A stretch of 64,000 nt of DNA from Picochlorum sp. SENEW3 (taxonomy: Eukaryota): NCBI GenBank assembly GCA_034226945.1, contig CP120455.1, forward strand, positions 868,001 through 932,000. The letters run 5' to 3'. A program made the translations under genes and the position numbers. Below the pieces are notes generated by a model. The model was not told the origin of the DNA, searched no databases, and was given only the letters and a program-made list of their open reading frames with translations. Shown here in pieces: positions 60,263-64,000 of this stretch (the first letter of the stretch is position 1; every line of letters starts with the position of its first letter).

Positions 60263-61510
60263 ATGATGAGGAAGAAGACATCAACAGAGGCCATCTGTTG
60301 TATTACTGGAGGGTGTGGGTTTCTTGGGTTGCAGTTGGCACAGGATTTGGTTGATAATAATAGCACCCACCAGTACCGACCCATTCTTCTGGATGTGGCT
60401 CCACCTCCCTGCGATGCATTTGAATATATCATGGTGGATGTGAGAGATAGAGAACGATTGACTGAGATATTTAGAACACGGGGTGTTCATGCTGTGTTTC
60501 ACATTGCCTCCTATGGGATGTCAGGGTCGAGTCAACTGAAGAGGGATATGGTCCGGTCTATTAATATGGATGGAACGCAGTCGGTTATTGATGCGTGTAC
60601 GGCTGCTGGGGTGGGATATTTGATTTCAACATCGACGTATAATGTGGTGTTTGGAGGGTATCCGATTGAGGGTGGAGATGAGAGCATGCCGTATTTCAAT
60701 TTGTTTCATCATGTGGATGAGTACTCTAGGTCAAAAACAGAGGCAGAGATGATGGTTTTAGAAGCTCATGGGACGCCACTGAGCAGATTGCATGATTATA
60801 CTACTACTACTACTATAATGGATGGCGATAATACCCAGAGCACCACTCATCCTGGGAAGAGGGAGGAGAAGGAGAAGGAGAAGAATGAGGAGGAAAACAT
60901 CAAGGCAGCATCACATGGGGGTGTGTTGAATACATGTGCTCTTCGACCAGCAGCCATCTGGGGCAAAGGTGAGAAGAGGCATATGCAGCGAGTGTATTCG
61001 TACCTGATGCGTGGTCTCTTCTTCTTTCGATTCGGATCAAAGGATGCGCGCATGGATTTTGTCCATGTGAAGAATTTATCAAAGGCACATATTCTGGCTC
61101 TGGAGCGATTGGAACGTGCGTCATCTCAGAATACAAAGACAGCATCGAGTACTAGTAGTCTTCAAGGTCAAGCGTATTTTATAAGCGATGGAGAAGAGGA
61201 GAGAATACATAATTTTGATTTCTTCTCACAGCTGCCTGTGGGCCTTGGATACAGAAAACCCTTCCTCACCATTCCATTCCACCTTATGTATTTGCTTGCC
61301 TTTCTTTTCGAAATCCTCTATTCACTATGGCCACACTTTGAACCTTTATTGACAAGGGCAGAGGTATTGAAAGCAGGCGTGAGTCATTGGTTTCGAATCG
61401 ACAAGGCAAGGCAGGAATTGGGATACCAACCAAGCAAGTTCAGATTTGATGAGGTCCTTGAACAGTTTCGTTCCGAGACGGATCATAGACAGGAAAAGAA
61501 ACACTCCTAG
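60263..61510 (+). CDS. 3-beta-hydroxysteroid dehydrogenase family (SDR42E1-like)
   Basis: ITGGCGFLG, FHIASYGMSG, STYNVVFGG, DEYSRSK, LRPAAIWG.GE.RH, GQAYFISDG. Confidence 0.85.
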   Translation: MMRKKTSTEAICCITGGCGFLGLQLAQDLVDNNSTHQYRPILLDVAPPPCDAFEYIMVDVRDRERLTEIFRTRGVHAVFHIASYGMSGSSQLKRDMVRSINMDGTQSVIDACTAAGVGYLISTSTYNVVFGGYPIEGGDESMPYFNLFHHVDEYSRSKTEAEMMVLEAHGTPLSRLHDYTTTTTIMDGDNTQSTTHPGKREEKEKEKNEEENIKAASHGGVLNTCALRPAAIWGKGEKRHMQRVYSYLMRGLFFFRFGSKDARMDFVHVKNLSKAHILALERLERASSQNTKTASSTSSLQGQAYFISDGEEERIHNFDFFSQLPVGLGYRKPFLTIPFHLMYLLAFLFEILYSLWPHFEPLLTRAEVLKAGVSHWFRIDKARQELGYQPSKFRFDEVLEQFRSETDHRQEKKHS

Positions 61511-61641
61511 TAGATTTATATGTAATCATAATGAATAGTAGTAGCATGGCGGAATTTTGTTGGTATCGACAGTCGGCATGACCTTTTCTGATTCCATTCG
61601 ACTGCCGTCGTCCTTGTCTTCTTTGAAACAGTGTCGGATTG

Positions 61642-62631
61642 ATGGATAACGCTTCTGGAAATAGCACATTGTGCGATCCAGGTGCTGATCAATGGATTGA
61701 AGAGTATTTTCAGGATTGTGTGTATGGAAAAAGAGACCATGTCGGTTTTTACCTGGGTTTGGCTAGTATTCTGTGTTGGTTGGTGGCTCAAGCACCTCAG
61801 TTGTATTATAATTATAAGAGAAAGTCTGCAGAGGCGTTGAGTCCGTACTTTTTGGCGGAATGGTTGTTGGGGGATACGTCAAACCTGCTGGGGGCTTTGT
61901 TGAAGGGGGATCAGCCTCAGACGCTGGTGTTTACGGCAGAGTATTTCATCATCATGGATTGTATTATGATGGTCCAGTATGTATACTATATGTCAATTCA
62001 GAAGAGGAGGGAGAGAATATTTGTACTATCACACCATCATCATCATGGTCATCATCATGGTCATCATCATCATCGAAGGCGACATGCTGCAAGGCAGCAT
62101 GCAGGTGATGGTGTGTCATCTTCTGTAACAAGTACACGGCCGCTTCTGACGTTGGGTGCAATGGCGGGGATGAGTTTGATGTATTCATTTAGTCAGAATG
62201 GTCGGCAGCAGCAGAAGAGTCTGGTGTTATCTGATGAGCATGAGGAGGATGCGTTGGTGGCATTGGTTGGGGCTGGCTTGGCTTACCTATCATGCGTGTT
62301 ATATCTGTTTAGTAGATCCTCTCAGATTTATAAGAACTGGAAGAGGAAGAGTGCGGAAGGATTGTCGCCTCATATGTTTCTGTTTGCCGTGTGTGCTAAT
62401 TTATTTTATGGAGTTTCAGTGATTCTTCGGTCATCCACCAAAGAAGAGTTCATGTCAAGTTTGCCGTGGTTGATTGGTAGTCTAGGGACAGTGTCACTCG
62501 ATTTTGTCATCCTTATGCAATCTTTGAATAGTCGTGGTGTCAAGCAAGATACGCAGGGTGATGATGGGATCCATGGAGGTGATGATGATCTAGAGCGTCC
62601 TCTTGTTAGTAATGATGGTGATGACACTTAG
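61642..62631 (+). CDS. PQ-loop lysosomal/vacuolar amino-acid transporter (PQLC2-like)
   Basis: CWLVAQAPQLYYNYKRKSAEALS..FLAEWLLGD and a second repeat SRSSQIYKNWKRKSAEGLS. Confidence 0.88.
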   Translation: MDNASGNSTLCDPGADQWIEEYFQDCVYGKRDHVGFYLGLASILCWLVAQAPQLYYNYKRKSAEALSPYFLAEWLLGDTSNLLGALLKGDQPQTLVFTAEYFIIMDCIMMVQYVYYMSIQKRRERIFVLSHHHHHGHHHGHHHHRRRHAARQHAGDGVSSSVTSTRPLLTLGAMAGMSLMYSFSQNGRQQQKSLVLSDEHEEDALVALVGAGLAYLSCVLYLFSRSSQIYKNWKRKSAEGLSPHMFLFAVCANLFYGVSVILRSSTKEEFMSSLPWLIGSLGTVSLDFVILMQSLNSRGVKQDTQGDDGIHGGDDDLERPLVSNDGDDT

Positions 62632-62679
62632 TAGTACATGACATATTATATCAATGAGAGAAGTTTTTTACATGAATTA

Positions 62680-64000
62680 TTATAGTCCTGGGGGCCGAAT
62701 GTCTCTCGGTAACATGTCTGCCAGGTACTCTACATCCAGAGGGAGTTGGAGCAACTGCTTGACTGGCTCTGTCATTTTTGCTTCAACAGACCATGTAGAC
62801 CACCATGGGCCACCGCCCACTTCGACCGCTCCACTTTTACCGTTGCTGACGACATCGATCAAGGGTGGGGAGCCTCGAGCTCTGTCTCCCGCTCTCCAAA
62901 GTTGCATCGTGACATTGCCTGCAAATGAATCTCGACAGAATGGTGCCAATCCGTCTGATGCTGTCGGTGCTCGAAGGGGTGTTCCATCAGACTCCGCGCA
63001 CTGCGCCTCTATAATGGCTTCAAATTCTGACGATGATCCTTCCAGTCTCCAACTGCCCCAAGGACTGACAGTCCACTGTACACGACTGTCCTTGATATTC
63101 AATTCATAAAATTCTCCCTGATGGTGGACACCAATCAATCCCACATTCTCCTTCAACCCAGGAACTTGAAGGAGGCCTCGTTCTGCCCCAACAGCAGTCA
63201 CACTTGTGCCTGGAGAGTCGAGGAAGGAATTACACTGGATCCATGCCCATCGATTGGGAAATCCACCACCCCAATTCTTTTCTGCGTATGCTGGGGCGCA
63301 CTCAAATTCGTATCTATCATTACCCCATTCAATCCATCCAGTTGCTTCTCCATGAGACATGAGAACTTGCCAGTGAGGCTCAAAGATTGGAAGAGCTGCC
63401 AACCAACCTGCTGTGGATCTCTGTCGACCAGATGGCTTGCCCCATCCAGATTTTGGTTCTATTGAAAATTCCCATCGACACGAGTCCACAGTGGACATAA
63501 GATCTCCTGAAGCTCCTGTCTCTGATGCTATGATATTTCCTTGGTGCCATCGACTGCTCGCCTGGAACCCTTGCTTGACCAACGACGTAAACTTGTCTTG
63601 TGGCAACATCCCCTGTGCTCCCCTACGAGAGCCCTGGAAGCACGCCCCTAATGCCAACTGTGTAGAATCTGCCCAAAATAATGACACATTATTAGAATAT
63701 TGAAGCAGATAGCCATCATCTGGGCCCATCACCTGTGCTCCAACACCTGAGAATGTCCCATCCCCCTTTGGGTCTTCAATCGAATAAATTAGTGCAAAGC
63801 TCTTTGCATCGCCTGGTAATGTGACACGCCAATACCAGCCTTCGAAAACTGCATCAGAAATCTATGTGTCATCTCATCATAACACAGATACAGGTGGGCA
63901 TGCATGTCTAGCTCAAGCAAACACAGAGAAGGTTGACTAGCAAGCAGAAGAAGGACATCCAAGCAAATCATACAAACGTACATCTCCGTGACGTTCCATC
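62680..64000 (-). CDS. VTE1: tocopherol cyclase, 5' end beyond the window
   Basis: DGTSRR|FFEGWYWRV, GAQVMGPDDGYL, TAGWLAALPIFEPHWQ, YAEKNWGGGFP.RW.WIQCN, AVEVGGGPW. Confidence 0.93.

Noticed and set aside
1..64000. CRISPR arrays, Fanzor/TnpB nucleases, rRNA and tRNA genes
   Set aside because: I saw no regularly spaced repeats, RuvC/zinc-finger ORF, or conserved rRNA/tRNA signatures by eye.

Overview
This is gene-dense eukaryotic nuclear DNA from a compact green alga. It has short GT-AG introns, very small intergenic gaps, TGTAA-type poly(A) signals, and nuclear PETM, UGP3, VTE1 and a lumen-type carbonic anhydrase; a Picochlorum-like trebouxiophyte is an inference. From ~10.6 kb to the end it is mostly ordinary housekeeping genes (about 30, including GlyRS, RPA3, NOL6, RFC, NOT4, ZNG1, ABCG, SPB1, UGE, SART3, aconitase, NDUFA9, CSN2, MATE, TBCCD1 and VTE1). 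The first ~10.5 kb is an accessory-looking block. It holds the 3' end of a probable En/Spm (CACTA)-type transposase and three genes of a YAP-like bZIP family, one with its basic region split by an intron. It also holds a ~1-kb stretch without a credible ORF that is unusually dense in inverted repeats (2230-3260), and a near-identical 1601-bp direct duplication (3389-4989 / 8883-10483) flanking XRCC3 and beta-ureidopropionase. I recognised no rRNA, tRNA or CRISPR array. Gene models were spliced by eye and family calls come from remembered motifs, not database searches.
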